The notes below the pieces were generated by a model. It made no database searches and was not told the DNA's origin. It saw nothing but the letters and a program-made list of their open reading frames with translations. The translations under genes and the position numbers were made by a program. A stretch of 64,000 bases of DNA from a candidate division WOR-3 bacterium. Its GTDB lineage: Bacteria > Hydrothermota > Hydrothermia > LBFQ01. The stretch lies in the NCBI GenBank assembly GCA_027050205.1, contig JALUCS010000097.1:1-64000 (forward strand), given 5' to 3'. Positions 22,805 through 34,035 of this stretch are shown here, one piece after another; the first letter of the stretch is position 1, and each line of letters begins with the position of its first letter.

Positions 22805-22959
22805 ATGACTATGAAAAAGATTCTAACAGCCCTACTCGCAGTAGGGAAAGAGAGTATAAGGCTGATATCGGGGTTCTTGGGTAAGGGAGAGCGCGAATCC
22901 ATAGCGGGAAGAGGGTGATAAATGGGGGGAGTAGGGAAGTGGAGGATACCCCTAACCTT

Positions 22960-23397
22960 TCAGTCCTCAAGCACGTACCACCACCAGTGCCTTTGACGGT
23001 CTGGCAGAAAGCCTATTTCCTCAACGAGTTCCCTATTGTAGGTGGGGGAATAGTTGGCCCTTGCACCCTCAAGCGTTATCCATCCGCACCTCCCAGCCTT
23101 AACCAACTCCGCCCACTTGTGCATCACGTATTCAAAGACGGGATAGATTTCCAAACGTGTTATGTCGTGGCCCTCATTAACGATACCGGTTAAGCCCATC
23201 ATAAGAAGCCTAAACTCATCCACGAACTCTACCACTCTCTCCGGATGGTATCCATCACCCTGCGCCCTGTAAATTAACTCCCACATACCATTCCACGCCC
23301 CATTTGCATGACGATTATCTCTCAAATCTTCTGGAACGTACGGTGGTTCAATCTCTCCCCAAGTCGCCTTTTCCCACCATCTATCTTTTAAGTACAT
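22960..23397 (-). CDS. Hypothetical protein
   Basis: 145-aa ORF with protein-like composition in an AT-richer segment; no recognised family. Confidence 0.5.
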   Translation of the reverse strand: MYLKDRWWEKATWGEIEPPYVPEDLRDNRHANGAWNGMWELIYRAQGDGYHPERVVEFVDEFRLLMMGLTGIVNEGHDITRLEIYPVFEYVMHKWAELVKAGRCGWITLEGARANYSPTYNRELVEEIGFLPDRQRHWWWYVLED

Positions 23398-23667
23398 ACA
23401 CTGCTTATTTTAGGGCGGACTTGGACATCAGGCCATTGCAGATAAGGTGAAAGACGGGGAGATCGTTGAAAAGTTGGTGGAATGATATTCATCCCCGAGG
23501 TGTAAAGGTAAAAAAGTTTTTAACACTACTAAAAACTCGCGTTTTCCGAAGGCCAACTTCCAATTGGAAATCAAACTGATGTGATTTATTCTACTCAGTT
23601 GTGATATAAAATTGCAACTACTTTCTCAACCTTCAAGTATCCCCACTTTAACATATTTATCAACAGT

Positions 23668-24303
23668 ATGACGATGATGCTCAACCTTATCCTCGCACAG
23701 ACGCCGGTTTACAGGGGACAGCACACCCAGCCCCCTCAACTCCAACGACCCTCCTCCCAGGACACATCCCGTTCCACTCAACAGCTTCCGTATATCACCG
23801 ATCCTTACGTCGCCTGTAAGATGGGGGAGTCAGACGCCGGGAAGGAGACTAGCGTCTGGGAAGAGAAGTGGTTTGCCTTAGGGTGTATCGTGGGTCTCTG
23901 CGTGGGACCCTTTGGCTACATCATCTCCTTATTCGTCAGAGTCCCTTCTCCTAAAGGTCCTTACGTCAATATGTCCCCTGCTGCGAGGAAACGCTACGAA
24001 AAGTGCTACAGGAGAAAGGGGAAGGAGAAACTCCAGGGGGCTGCTATAATGGGTACAACTTCCGCCTGCTTAATCCTTGGATTTCTGCTTAATCAGGCCG
24101 ATGAGTCGACTAGGGGGTCAGATATAAATATATCCTGCCCATCTCCTTCACCACCTCCTCCTGTAGTATCCTGCCCCTACTCATATACAGTTGGGAACCC
24201 CGGTAGTTTCGGTCTCCTAAGAGTTATCCCCGAACTTGAGCCGCCAGTTCGGCCACCAGTCAGGTATCGTAAGCAGCAGAGACCAACCCAACACCGAAGA
24301 TAA
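23668..24303 (+). CDS. Hypothetical membrane protein
   Basis: Short leader ..LILA-Q; two hydrophobic Gly/Cys-containing segments; Pro-rich tail. Confidence 0.55.
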   Translation: MTMMLNLILAQTPVYRGQHTQPPQLQRPSSQDTSRSTQQLPYITDPYVACKMGESDAGKETSVWEEKWFALGCIVGLCVGPFGYIISLFVRVPSPKGPYVNMSPAARKRYEKCYRRKGKEKLQGAAIMGTTSACLILGFLLNQADESTRGSDINISCPSPSPPPPVVSCPYSYTVGNPGSFGLLRVIPELEPPVRPPVRYRKQQRPTQHRR

Positions 24304-24807
24304 CACCCGAATGCCATATGCAGGTAGGGGCGAGGACCCCCTTGCGGCAGCGATAAGCCCGCATCAAGCGGTATCTTCAAAAACCGGGGATTAAACCTCA
24401 AAAAGCTGGTAGTTAGACTTTAAAATCGTTATACGCCCTATTTTGAACGGTGTTGCTGCGGCCTATCTACGGAAAGTTGAAGCTGGATTTCGGGAAGTGA
24501 AATTGGCCGATACGAAACTTCGTACTGACGTTCATCGGGGATGCATTGCCCTAAATACCCAATGGGGGGTATCACACCGATAGAAGGATACTCAATTCAC
24601 CGTTTGAAATATATCCTCAAAAACTGAAATTTACTTTAAGTAATTAGAACACGATATTGCAAGGAACTTGCAGTCCGATGATGAAAATTGGTAATCCGTT
24701 CAAATTTTGATACCGAGATAAATTTTCATGCCGATGACTCCTCGGAGGTTGCAGCGTTCCATATGCCGAACACCCCGATGGGGAAGAGACAATATCAAAC
24801 AAAAAAA

Positions 24808-24881
24808 TTGCGGGGGCGGGATTTGAACCCGCGACCTCCGGGTTATGAGCCCGGCGAGCTTCCTGGCTGCTCCACCCCGCG
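24808..24881 (-). tRNA. tRNA-Met(CAT), initiator type; CCA not encoded
   Basis: CGCGGGGTGGAGCAGCCAGGAAGCTCGCCGGGCTCATAACCCGGAGGTCGCGGGTTCAAATCCCGCCCCCGCAA: C1:A72 mismatch, GGG/CCC anticodon stem, TATAAT upstream. Confidence 0.95.
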
Positions 24882-24953
24882 ATTTGAGGAAACTATTATA
24901 AGGGGGAAAGGGGGGCGTGTGGGGAGGTTGTACCCGTCCTTATAATCCCCATC

Positions 24954-25679
24954 TTGAGAGTAGTAGTGGTCGTACCCACCTACAACGAGGCCGATAACAT
25001 AGCCGACCTGATAGCCGAGTTGCGCTCCGTTCGTATATTCGAACGCATAGTCCCCGACGTACTCGTAGTGGACGACAACTCCCCCGATGGCACCTGGAGG
25101 ATCGTTGAAGAGATAGGGAAGAGGGACCCGGCCGTCCATCTCCTCAAGCGTCCGGGGAAGATGGGCCTCGGTTCGGCCTACGTTGAGGGGTTCAAGTGGG
25201 CCTTGGAGCGGGGATACGACGTCATCGTGCAGATGGACGCCGACTTCTCCCACAACCCGAAGGACGTCCAGAAGTTGGTTGAGGCCCTCGCTAACTGCGA
25301 CGTTGTGATAGGCTCCCGGTACTGCAACGGCGTTAGCGTCATAAACTGGCCGATAAGCCGCCTCCTCCTCTCCTACTTCGCCAACCAGTACGCCCGTCTC
25401 CTGACCGGGGTAAAGATAAACGACCTCACCGGGGGTTTCAAGGCCTTCAAGAGGGAGGCCCTTGAGGCGTTGGACCTTGATAAGATAAAGTCGGACGGCT
25501 ACGCCTTCCAGATAGAGGTGAACTTCTACCTCTGGATGAAGAGGTTCAAGATGTGCGAGATCCCGATAGTCTTCGTTGAGAGGAGGGCCGGTAAGTCCAA
25601 ACTTAGCCGCTCAATCATATGGGAGGCCTTCTGGCTGGTACTCCGGCTGTTCCTGAAGCGGATAACCGGTAGGGTATGA
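24954..25679 (+). CDS. Polyprenol-phosphate mannosyltransferase (DPM1-like GT2)
   Basis: VPTYNEADN, VDDNSPDGT, QMDADFSH, DLTGGFKAF. Confidence 0.9.
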   Translation: MRVVVVVPTYNEADNIADLIAELRSVRIFERIVPDVLVVDDNSPDGTWRIVEEIGKRDPAVHLLKRPGKMGLGSAYVEGFKWALERGYDVIVQMDADFSHNPKDVQKLVEALANCDVVIGSRYCNGVSVINWPISRLLLSYFANQYARLLTGVKINDLTGGFKAFKREALEALDLDKIKSDGYAFQIEVNFYLWMKRFKMCEIPIVFVERRAGKSKLSRSIIWEAFWLVLRLFLKRITGRV

Positions 25680-26626
25680 GGTTCTACGAGCTGTTGAGGG
25701 TGGGGTACGGTGTCCTTGAGGAGGCCCTCACCTCCCTCCGCCGTAGGTTCCCACGAAGTAAGGTGGTCGTCTTCACGGGGGACGAGCTCTCCCTACCCTA
25801 CGGGGAGAAGGTGGCCGAAACCGTCCGCGGCACCCTCGTAGTTGGCGAGCGTTTCCCGGAGGGCGACGGGTACGACCTCGTCCTCGGCGTTGGGGGCGGG
25901 AGCGTGATAGACCGGGCGAAACTCTGGGCCTACGAGAGGGGGGTACCCTTCGTCTCCGTCCCCACGCTGGCCTCCAGCGATGGCATAGCCTCTCCGGTCA
26001 GCGTCCTGAACGGGAAGAGCCGCTTCCTCACCCTCCCCTACGGCGTCATCGTAGAGCTGGAGATAATAGCGAAGGCACCGAGGTGGAGCCTCCTCGCCGG
26101 CATAGGGGACCTCGTATCCAACCTCTCCGCCTCCCTGGACTGGGACCGCTTCCGGGAGAAATCAAGGGAGCCGTACTCACCGGAGGCCTCGGCCATGGCG
26201 AGGTTGGGGGCGGTCTCCCTCCTCTCCTCCCGCTCCCCTAACCCCCTTGAGGCGCTGGTGTGGGGACTCATCCTAAGCGGCCTGGCCATGAACGTAGCCG
26301 GCTCCTCAAGACCGGCGAGCGGTCCGGAGCATAAGGTGAGCCACGCCCTTGACTCCTTGGGCTACGGGGAGAAGCACGGGATACAGGTGGGCATCTTCAC
26401 CCCCCTGTTCCTGAAGTTGAACGGCTATCCGGCGTGGGAGGAGGTAAGGGAGTACCTTAAGGGGGTAGGGCTTCCGGAGTACGTCACCCTCACCGAGGAG
26501 GGGGCAGTTGAGGTCTTCAGTAAGGCCTCGGAGACCAGGCCCCACAGGTACACCGTCCTTGAGGAGGTTGGCTGGGAGAAGGTCCTTGAGGAGGCCATCA
26601 GGCTGGGTTTCGTCAGGATAGTTTAA
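25676..26626 (+). CDS. sn-glycerol-1-phosphate dehydrogenase (EgsA/AraM family)
   Basis: GGGSVID.AK, VPTLASSDGIAS, AGIGDLVSN, SSRPASG.EH..SHALD, HG.QVG metal ligands. Confidence 0.75.
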   Translation: MRFYELLRVGYGVLEEALTSLRRRFPRSKVVVFTGDELSLPYGEKVAETVRGTLVVGERFPEGDGYDLVLGVGGGSVIDRAKLWAYERGVPFVSVPTLASSDGIASPVSVLNGKSRFLTLPYGVIVELEIIAKAPRWSLLAGIGDLVSNLSASLDWDRFREKSREPYSPEASAMARLGAVSLLSSRSPNPLEALVWGLILSGLAMNVAGSSRPASGPEHKVSHALDSLGYGEKHGIQVGIFTPLFLKLNGYPAWEEVREYLKGVGLPEYVTLTEEGAVEVFSKASETRPHRYTVLEEVGWEKVLEEAIRLGFVRIV

Positions 26627-26650
26627 AATCGGCCTTAAAATACTACCGTT

Positions 26651-27397
26651 ATGAGGGACCTCTTAAAGAGGATAAGGTCTCTGGCCTTCGTGGCCACGGT
26701 AGTTTGGGGCATAGGCCCCGGATGCCCTCCCCCTCCACCGGAACTGGCCATATGGGTTGAGAGGTACGAGGTCAGCGGCAACGGTACGAAGATGGATCTC
26801 ACCTTATACGTCTCTCCACCGGCCGGCACCCTGTACATAGAGTGTTCCGACGGCAACCCCTTTGATACGGTGGTCTTAGACGAGGGGACGGACTCCCTGG
26901 AGTACTCGCTTGACAGCACCTTCCTCGCCTCCTGCTCCGACCACACCTGGACTCGCTTCACCTACACGTACGAGGGCGACAAGACGATGATGGACCTCCT
27001 CCACAGCGACGTACCCATACGCACTATCGGGTATCCGAACCGTCCCCGTAAGGTCGTCATAGACTACAGGGATACGGTCCTCATATACGACGACTCCTCC
27101 GGCTACGTCCTGACTTCCAACGGCTACGTCAAGTTCGCCCCCTACACCGGTGGGGTGTATGCCCCCATCCCTCCGGCCCCCTATATGGATACCCTTTCCA
27201 TCACGAAGGGTGGTACGGCGGTGGTATGGATAGACCACGACCGCGACGGTGCCGAGGGGTACGATGGGGACGACCTTTTTGGCGTCCTAACGGCCACGCC
27301 CGACGGTGTAAGGTTCAGCGTCTTAGGGTTGCTCTACACCCACCCCACCCTGACCGGCTACCGGGGACTTGACCTGTGCTTCAGGTGTAGTATGTAA
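26651..27397 (+). CDS. Hypothetical lipoprotein
   Basis: Basic n-region, hydrophobic core, GPG-C followed by poly-Pro. Confidence 0.6.
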   Translation: MRDLLKRIRSLAFVATVVWGIGPGCPPPPPELAIWVERYEVSGNGTKMDLTLYVSPPAGTLYIECSDGNPFDTVVLDEGTDSLEYSLDSTFLASCSDHTWTRFTYTYEGDKTMMDLLHSDVPIRTIGYPNRPRKVVIDYRDTVLIYDDSSGYVLTSNGYVKFAPYTGGVYAPIPPAPYMDTLSITKGGTAVVWIDHDRDGAEGYDGDDLFGVLTATPDGVRFSVLGLLYTHPTLTGYRGLDLCFRCSM

Positions 27398-27850
27398 GTG
27401 TAGGGGTAGAGGCGGATCGTGGCGCAGAGGGGTGTTGCCACGGAGGATAGGGCGTGTCTCTCACCTTCCCAAGAGCATCTTTAGGATGCTTACGAACCCG
27501 AACTCCTCCGTTAATCCATGGGAACTCCAAGAATTCCTACGGTCCTCTTCGTAAAGTATCAAAGCTGTGAAGGATGTAAGTCATTCATCGTGGTTTTATG
27601 GGGAGTAGAATCGGACGTAATATTAGGTCTAATGAGGGATTGTACCCGCTCCGTATGTAATCCATACCGAGGAAATCCTATAAAAATCTGCCTTCCGATT
27701 CCACTAACGGCGCGAGTCTTCGCCGTCCCAAAGGTTCCGTAAGGGAGAGGCGTTGAGGACATCCGACCTTACATCCCCAATCGGGGGCAAGGCTCGGCAC
27801 GTCCCTGCGACTCCCCCCTTAAAATATCCAACATCAAAAGGAGGTAAAGG

Positions 27851-28105
27851 ATGGACAGGAACGAGATACTCAAGAAGATCAAGGACATCGCCGTGGAAGA
27901 GCTGGGAGTCTCCCCGGAGAAGGTTACGGAAGAGGCGCGCTTCATAGAGGACCTCGGAGCCGACTCCATAGGCGTGATGGAGCTGGTGATGAAGATGGAG
28001 GAGGAGTTCGGCCTCCAGATACCCGACGAGGACATAGAGAAGCTGCGCACCGTGGACGACGTTATAGACTACATCTTAAAGAAGTTAAAGAAGACGCAGT
28101 CGTGA
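27851..28105 (+). CDS. acpP: Acyl carrier protein
   Basis: EDLGADS phosphopantetheine site; SD AAGGAGGT. Confidence 0.95.
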   Translation: MDRNEILKKIKDIAVEELGVSPEKVTEEARFIEDLGADSIGVMELVMKMEEEFGLQIPDEDIEKLRTVDDVIDYILKKLKKTQS

Positions 28106-29346
28106 GAAGGGTTGTTATAACGGGCCTTGGGGCCATAACCTCCCTCGGGGAGGACGTCCCCACCCTGTGGGAGAACCTCGTAAGGGGGAAGAGCGGAGTC
28201 TCACGGATAGAGAGGTTTGACCCCTCCGGCTTCCGGACCCAGATAGCCGCCGAGATAAAGGAGTTTGATCCGAAGAAGCGGTTCCCGAAGGGGAAGATAG
28301 GGGGGGTACCTCTACGGAAGCTGGACCGTTTCCTCCTCTACGCCCTCTGGGCGGCGGATGAGGCCATAAGGGACAGCGGTATCTTAGACTCCGCCGACCC
28401 CGACAGGGTGGGGGTCCTTATCGCCTCCGGCATAGGGGGGGTTGAGACGCTTGAGAGGGAGGTAATAACGGGATACACCCGCGGGTACAACCGGATAAGC
28501 CCCTACCTCGTCCCTATGATGATACCGGACATGGCCTCCGGCTTAGTAGCCATAGAGTACGGCTTCAAGGGACCGAACTATACCGTCGTCTCCGCCTGCG
28601 CCTCCTCCGCCAACGCCTTGGGGGATGCCCTACGCCTCATCAGGTACGGAGACGCCGACGTTATGGTCGTTGGCGGTTCAGAGGCCCCCATCATAAAGAC
28701 AGCCCTCGCCGGATTCTCCTCTATGCGCGCCCTCTCCACCCGAAACGACGAGCCGGAGAAGGCCTCCCGCCCCTTTGACGCCGAGAGGGACGGCTTCGTG
28801 ATGGCCGAGGGTGCGGCCGTCCTCATCCTTGAGGAGTACGAGCATGCGAAGAGGAGGGGGGCCAAGATATACGCCGAGCTTCTCGGCTACGGAGCCACGG
28901 CCGACGCCCACCACATAACCGCACCCTGTGAGGACGGTGAGGGTGCCGTAAAGGCTATACGCCGCGCCCTTGAGGATGCCAACGTAAGCCTAGAGGACGT
29001 TGATTACATAAACGCCCACGGCACCTCCACCAAGCTGAACGACCTCGCCGAAACGAGGGCCATAAAGAAGGCCTTCGGTCCCCATGCCTACAGGCTCGCC
29101 GTCTCCTCAACGAAGTCCATGACCGGACACCTCCTCGGAGGGGCCGGAGCTTTGGAGGCCCTGGCCACCGTCAAGGCCATAGAAACCGGCGTAGTCCCAC
29201 CCACCATAAACTACGAGCATCCCGACCCCGAATGCGATTTGGACTACGTCCCCAACGAGGCGAGGGAGATGGAAGTCAGGTACGCCCTATCCAACTCCTT
29301 CGGGTTCGGCGGCCACAACGCCGTCCTGGTCTTCGGTAAGGTCTAA
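28102..29346 (+). CDS. fabF: 3-oxoacyl-ACP synthase II
   Basis: [37 protein letters not shown]. Confidence 0.96.
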   Translation: MRRVVITGLGAITSLGEDVPTLWENLVRGKSGVSRIERFDPSGFRTQIAAEIKEFDPKKRFPKGKIGGVPLRKLDRFLLYALWAADEAIRDSGILDSADPDRVGVLIASGIGGVETLEREVITGYTRGYNRISPYLVPMMIPDMASGLVAIEYGFKGPNYTVVSACASSANALGDALRLIRYGDADVMVVGGSEAPIIKTALAGFSSMRALSTRNDEPEKASRPFDAERDGFVMAEGAAVLILEEYEHAKRRGAKIYAELLGYGATADAHHITAPCEDGEGAVKAIRRALEDANVSLEDVDYINAHGTSTKLNDLAETRAIKKAFGPHAYRLAVSSTKSMTGHLLGGAGALEALATVKAIETGVVPPTINYEHPDPECDLDYVPNEAREMEVRYALSNSFGFGGHNAVLVFGKV

Positions 29347-30563
29347 ACGGGGAAGGGGCTACCAAGGAACCTCCTTAGGAAACTCCCGACGAGGTAGAGG
29401 GAACCGGTGATGACGGTAGGTTGGTGGAGGATATTTTGGATCTCGTTGATGCCGTTTAGGGTTGCGCACTTTGGATGGAGGACGAGACAGGCTCTATAGA
29501 CCTCATCGGCCGGGAGACTCCTCCGCCAGGGGTACTGGGTCACGAAGATCCAATCGGCCACCTCCGACACCCTCCTTACGAAGGCCACGTAATCCTTCCC
29601 ACGGCTGAAGGCGAGGACGAAGTTGAAGCGACGGCGGGGGAATATCCGCTTTAGGGAGGAGACGAGGTATCGGGCGGCAACCTCGTTGTGGGCGCCATCC
29701 ACCAGGAGGAGGGGGGATCTCCTCAAGACCTGCATCCTCCCCGGAACGAAAAGCCCCTCCGTTTTGAAGCCAACGCCGAGGGCCTTGAGGACGTGGTAGG
29801 CCAAGGCCCCGTTCTCCGCCTGAAACTCGCCCAAGAGGGGCAACCTTATGACCTTCCCGTCCGTCTCAAACACCGTCCCCTCTTCCCCTACGTACAGAAC
29901 CCTATGCTTCACGACCACCACCTCCGCCCCCACCTCCTTAGCCCTCCCCTCTATCACCGGCAGGATCCGGCGGTTGGACTCCGGGGTTATTACTAGGGAG
30001 CCGGATTTGATTATACCGGCCTTCTCGCGGGCTATCTCCTGCAAGGTATGGCCGAGGATGGAGGTGTGGTCGTAGTCTATGCGGGTTATTATGCCGACCT
30101 TCTGCTCCACGACGTTGGTGGCGTCCAACCTCCCGCCCAGACCCACCTCAAAGACCTCGTACTCCGTCCCCTCCTTCAGGAAGTGGAGGAAGGCGGCAGC
30201 CGTTATGGCCTCAAAGAAGGTCGTAGGTTTCCCCGTAGAGAAGACCCTTGAGAGGGCCTCCGTCAGGTCCTCCTTCCCTATGGGGGAGCCGTCTATCTGG
30301 ATCCTCTCGTGGAGGCTCATCAGGTGGGGGGAGATGTTCATACCCGTCCGGTATCCGGCGTTCGTAAGCCCCTGCGCCACCATATGCACTACGGAGCCTT
30401 TGCCCTTGGTGCCGGCTACGAGGATGGGGTGGGACAGTTTTAGGTGGGGGTCCCCCAGAGCCTCCAACATCTCCCTAAACCGACCTATGTCCTTTACGAA
30501 ACCCTTAACCCTCTCGTAGTTGGCGAGGCGGTAGAGCCGGGATAAGACCTCGTGGTACCCCAC
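29343..30563 (-). CDS. folC: Folylpolyglutamate synthase/dihydrofolate synthase
   Basis: [40 protein letters not shown]. Confidence 0.93.
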   Translation of the reverse strand: MGYHEVLSRLYRLANYERVKGFVKDIGRFREMLEALGDPHLKLSHPILVAGTKGKGSVVHMVAQGLTNAGYRTGMNISPHLMSLHERIQIDGSPIGKEDLTEALSRVFSTGKPTTFFEAITAAAFLHFLKEGTEYEVFEVGLGGRLDATNVVEQKVGIITRIDYDHTSILGHTLQEIAREKAGIIKSGSLVITPESNRRILPVIEGRAKEVGAEVVVVKHRVLYVGEEGTVFETDGKVIRLPLLGEFQAENGALAYHVLKALGVGFKTEGLFVPGRMQVLRRSPLLLVDGAHNEVAARYLVSSLKRIFPRRRFNFVLAFSRGKDYVAFVRRVSEVADWIFVTQYPWRRSLPADEVYRACLVLHPKCATLNGINEIQNILHQPTVITGSLYLVGSFLRRFLGSPFPV

Positions 30564-30572
30564 GGCGGGATT

Positions 30573-33077
30573 CTAAACGGGGAGGGTGGTGGAGACCCTC
30601 TTCCGGTGGAGGTTAGCCAGGCGGAGGACAGGCTCCGGAGGTTCCCCGAATATGTCCCGCATCTCGTTTAGGATGCTGTCCACCTCCGACGGCGATTGGG
30701 CGTCGGCGAACCGGACGTAGTACTCTACCCTCCTGTCGGGGTCCCGTACGTAGTCCTCCGGTATGTGCGCGTACCTGTCCTCGTACTCCCTCCCCTCCCC
30801 CTCAAGACCCAACGCCCGCCTTACGAACTTAAGGTAGAGCTTGAAGCCCACCTTCGCCACCTTGCCGTGCTGCTTTATGCCGAGGAGTTCGCCCATCCCC
30901 CTTATCTCAAGGTCCCGGAGGGCCAACTTGTAGCCCTCACCGAGGGAGGAGTACATAGCGAGGTACTCTAAGCGTTTCTTTGCGTTTCCCTTCAGGGGCG
31001 GCCGGTAGAGGAAGAGGGCGTAGGCCTGAACCGTCCATCTGCCCACCCTACCCCTAAGCTGGTGCAACTGCGAGAGGCCGAGCATCTCCGGGCGTTCAAC
31101 TATCAGGGTGTTGGCGTTGGGGAAGTCCAGACCGGCCTCAACTATGGCCGTAGATACGAGGACCTTCACCTCGTCCTCGTAGAAGGCGTCCATCACCTCC
31201 CTTATCCGTCGCTTCGGCATCTTGCCGTGGAGCATCTCCATCGGGACACCGGGGAGGAGTCCCCTCAACCGCTCCAAGACCTTCTCTAAGCCCTCCACCC
31301 TGTTGAAGACGTAGAAGACCTGTCCCCCTCTGCTCAACTCCCGGTTTATGGCCTCCGCCACGAGGTGGTCGTCGTACTCCCCTATGTAGGTTATGACGGG
31401 GAGCCTGCCGGGGGGAGGGGTGCGGATGTGGGAGACGTCCATAAGCCCCTCAAGGCCCATCGCGAGGGTGCGGGGTATGGGGGTGGCGGACAGGTAGAGA
31501 TAGTCGGCCTTGGGGTGAAGGCGTTTGAAATGCTCCTTCTGGAGGACACCGAAGTGCTGCTCCTCGTCCACCACGACCAAACCGAGGTTTGGTACGTCCA
31601 TGCGGAGGAGGGCGTGGGTGCCGATATACAAGGCGGGTCCCTCCCCCATCCGTCCCCGTTTGGATATGCGGGACACCATATAGACCGGTATCCCGAAGGC
31701 CTCAAGGCGGGGGGCTACGTTCCGGTAGTGCTGATAGGCGAGGAGGGTACTGGGGACGAGCCAGACGACGGACTTACCGTAGGCGAGGACCCGGAAGGCC
31801 GCCCGCAGGGCCACCTCCGTCTTCCCGAAGGCCACCTCCCCCACCAAGAGCCTGTCCATTACGAAGTCGCCCTCAAGGTCGGAGAGTACCTCCCTTATCG
31901 CCCTCATCTGGTCCTCCGTCTCCGTGTAGGGGAAGGTCGCCCAGAACTCTTTCTCCTCCGGGACGGGGGGATAGTTGAAGCCCCTCGGCACCCTCCGGCT
32001 CACCATTATGTTCAGAAGCTCCCGCGCTATCTTGGAGCTCTCAAGGAGGGCCTTGGCCCTGTCCCTCTGCCACGTCCTGCGGTTTAGGGAGGAGAGGGGA
32101 GGCTCGTACCCCTCCGGCCCTACGTACCGGGTCAGCTTATGGGCCTTGTAGACGGGGACGGAGAGCCTGCCGTCGGAGTACTGCAGGAGTATCACCTCCC
32201 CGACCTCCCTCCTCTCAAGGCCGAGGAATATGCCAACGCCGTAGTCTTCGTGGACGACGTAATCCCCCGGCTCAAGGTATCGGGGGGCCTTTACCTTCAC
32301 CTTGGAGATAACCTCGCCGGTCGTGGGTTTTGCCCCTATCACCTCCCACTCGCCTAAATACACCTCCCTACGTTCCTCGTCCGTAAAACCCTCGTAGAGA
32401 TTCCCCCTTACGAGCCTCACCCCCAGGCCCTCAAAGAGGGCCAGCCTCACAGGATTGCCGGCGAAGAAGACCCTATAGCCCCTCTCCCTCATCGCCCTGA
32501 CGTACCGGGCCGCCCGCTCAAAGTTCCCGAAGGGTGGATTGAAGCGTATCCCCTCCGCCTCCGGTGGGGTTATCACCTCGCCCGGTAGGGGAGAGCTGGA
32601 AGGCAGCAGGAATAGAAAGCCTTCAACCTTACCTGTACTCAACTGGGTGTAGGGGGAGAACTCCCTGACCTCCTCCACCTCGTCCCCGTAGAGGATGATG
32701 CGGAAGGCGGCGTTCTTGAAGACTATATCCAGTATCCCTCCCCGGATGGCGAACTCCCCCGGCCTCTCGGCGAACTCCCCCCTCTCAAAACCCGCCTCAA
32801 TCAACCTCACCGATAGAGCCGATAGGTTAATCCTTTTGCCGGGCTTTACCTCCACAGCCTCCGCCCCTATCCCCTCCGTTCCTACCACCACCAGCCCCTC
32901 ACCGGGGAGGCGGGCGGCCCACAGCCCGTATTCATCCCCCGGAAAGGCCGGGACACCGAAGGCCTGAAGCTCACCCACGACCTCCGCCACCTTGTCCCTT
33001 ACCGGGAGGTACAGGATACCACCCTTCAGCCGCTTTACGGTGTGTAAGGTCAGAAATCCGGAAGGGAGGGGCCTCAT
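30573..33077 (-). CDS. mfd: Transcription-repair coupling factor (compact, 834 aa)
   Basis: GEFAIRGGILD, CarD-like GDYVVHEDYG, DEEQHFG, SATPIPRTL, QLRGRVGR, DLEIRG.G.LLG..QHG. Confidence 0.9.
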   Translation of the reverse strand: MRPLPSGFLTLHTVKRLKGGILYLPVRDKVAEVVGELQAFGVPAFPGDEYGLWAARLPGEGLVVVGTEGIGAEAVEVKPGKRINLSALSVRLIEAGFERGEFAERPGEFAIRGGILDIVFKNAAFRIILYGDEVEEVREFSPYTQLSTGKVEGFLFLLPSSSPLPGEVITPPEAEGIRFNPPFGNFERAARYVRAMRERGYRVFFAGNPVRLALFEGLGVRLVRGNLYEGFTDEERREVYLGEWEVIGAKPTTGEVISKVKVKAPRYLEPGDYVVHEDYGVGIFLGLERREVGEVILLQYSDGRLSVPVYKAHKLTRYVGPEGYEPPLSSLNRRTWQRDRAKALLESSKIARELLNIMVSRRVPRGFNYPPVPEEKEFWATFPYTETEDQMRAIREVLSDLEGDFVMDRLLVGEVAFGKTEVALRAAFRVLAYGKSVVWLVPSTLLAYQHYRNVAPRLEAFGIPVYMVSRISKRGRMGEGPALYIGTHALLRMDVPNLGLVVVDEEQHFGVLQKEHFKRLHPKADYLYLSATPIPRTLAMGLEGLMDVSHIRTPPPGRLPVITYIGEYDDHLVAEAINRELSRGGQVFYVFNRVEGLEKVLERLRGLLPGVPMEMLHGKMPKRRIREVMDAFYEDEVKVLVSTAIVEAGLDFPNANTLIVERPEMLGLSQLHQLRGRVGRWTVQAYALFLYRPPLKGNAKKRLEYLAMYSSLGEGYKLALRDLEIRGMGELLGIKQHGKVAKVGFKLYLKFVRRALGLEGEGREYEDRYAHIPEDYVRDPDRRVEYYVRFADAQSPSEVDSILNEMRDIFGEPPEPVLRLANLHRKRVSTTLPV

Positions 33078-34035
33078 AAACGCTCACAATTCTAACGCAG
33101 TTCCGTAGGGGAGGTCCGTCCCCTGACGTCGTTGGGAGCCTTGGGTGGCGTTTATAGGGTTTAGAAATCTTGAACTTGAATTTACAGTTTCCGTTAATAC
33201 GACTTCACACTTTTTGAATTCTGACTTATAGATTTTTTGAAGTGTAGTTTCCAGTTTTTGAAGGTGCGGGCGAACTCCATACTCACCCCAACCATCTGTG
33301 TAATGCCATCCCGAACTTATCGTTGATCCGTCTATAAACTGCACAAATTGCAAGGATACGAATCAGATTTTTACATTTATAACGGGAAAATCAGGAGTAA
33401 TTGAACTTGATGATGAATAACCTCCGATTCTACTGCGATTTGTGTTTGGGAAGTCGCAAAAAATCCTCACTGCCGGTTTCGGCAGGTGGAGTTGAGGGTT
33501 TTAAAGTTCCCCGAATTGCCGATTTTCGGTATTTGATGGGCGAGATGGTGAATTTTCTACAGATTACCGGTTTCCGTCAATCTTATTTTGCACTTTATTG
33601 AAAATAGACCGTATTGAAGTATAAGTTTCAATTCTTCAAAACTACGCTTTCATCATTTTTGAAAAGATAAACGAGCCTCGCACTTCTATTCAACACAACC
33701 GTGAAATTTATTCACATAGTGCTAGATTTCGGCATTATTGGAACATTTTACTTTAAATAATCTTAAACATATTTTTGGTTAATTTATGCAGAATTTCAAA
33801 TATCATTTCATAAAAATTCGCGTAATTGTGGAGAATACGGATACACATCTCCGGCCTTACGGGGAGCATAACTGTGGGTAAATTCCCGACATATGCGACC
33901 CTTGAATGGGGGTTGAAGTTTTGCAATCCAAGCATCGTCCCGTTTGCGTAATATCCTCCAAGGACCCCACCACCCTACGACCGTACCCTTGAAAGCGGGC
34001 CTGTACCGTCCTAGTCCCCCTTAAATTTCCCGCCT

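Noticed and set aside
27400..27520. Lysine riboswitch-like start (GTAGAGGCG) with several hairpins
   Set aside because: Downstream conserved elements (AAAGG, GCCGAA, ACTGTC) are absent and the context (before acpP) does not fit.
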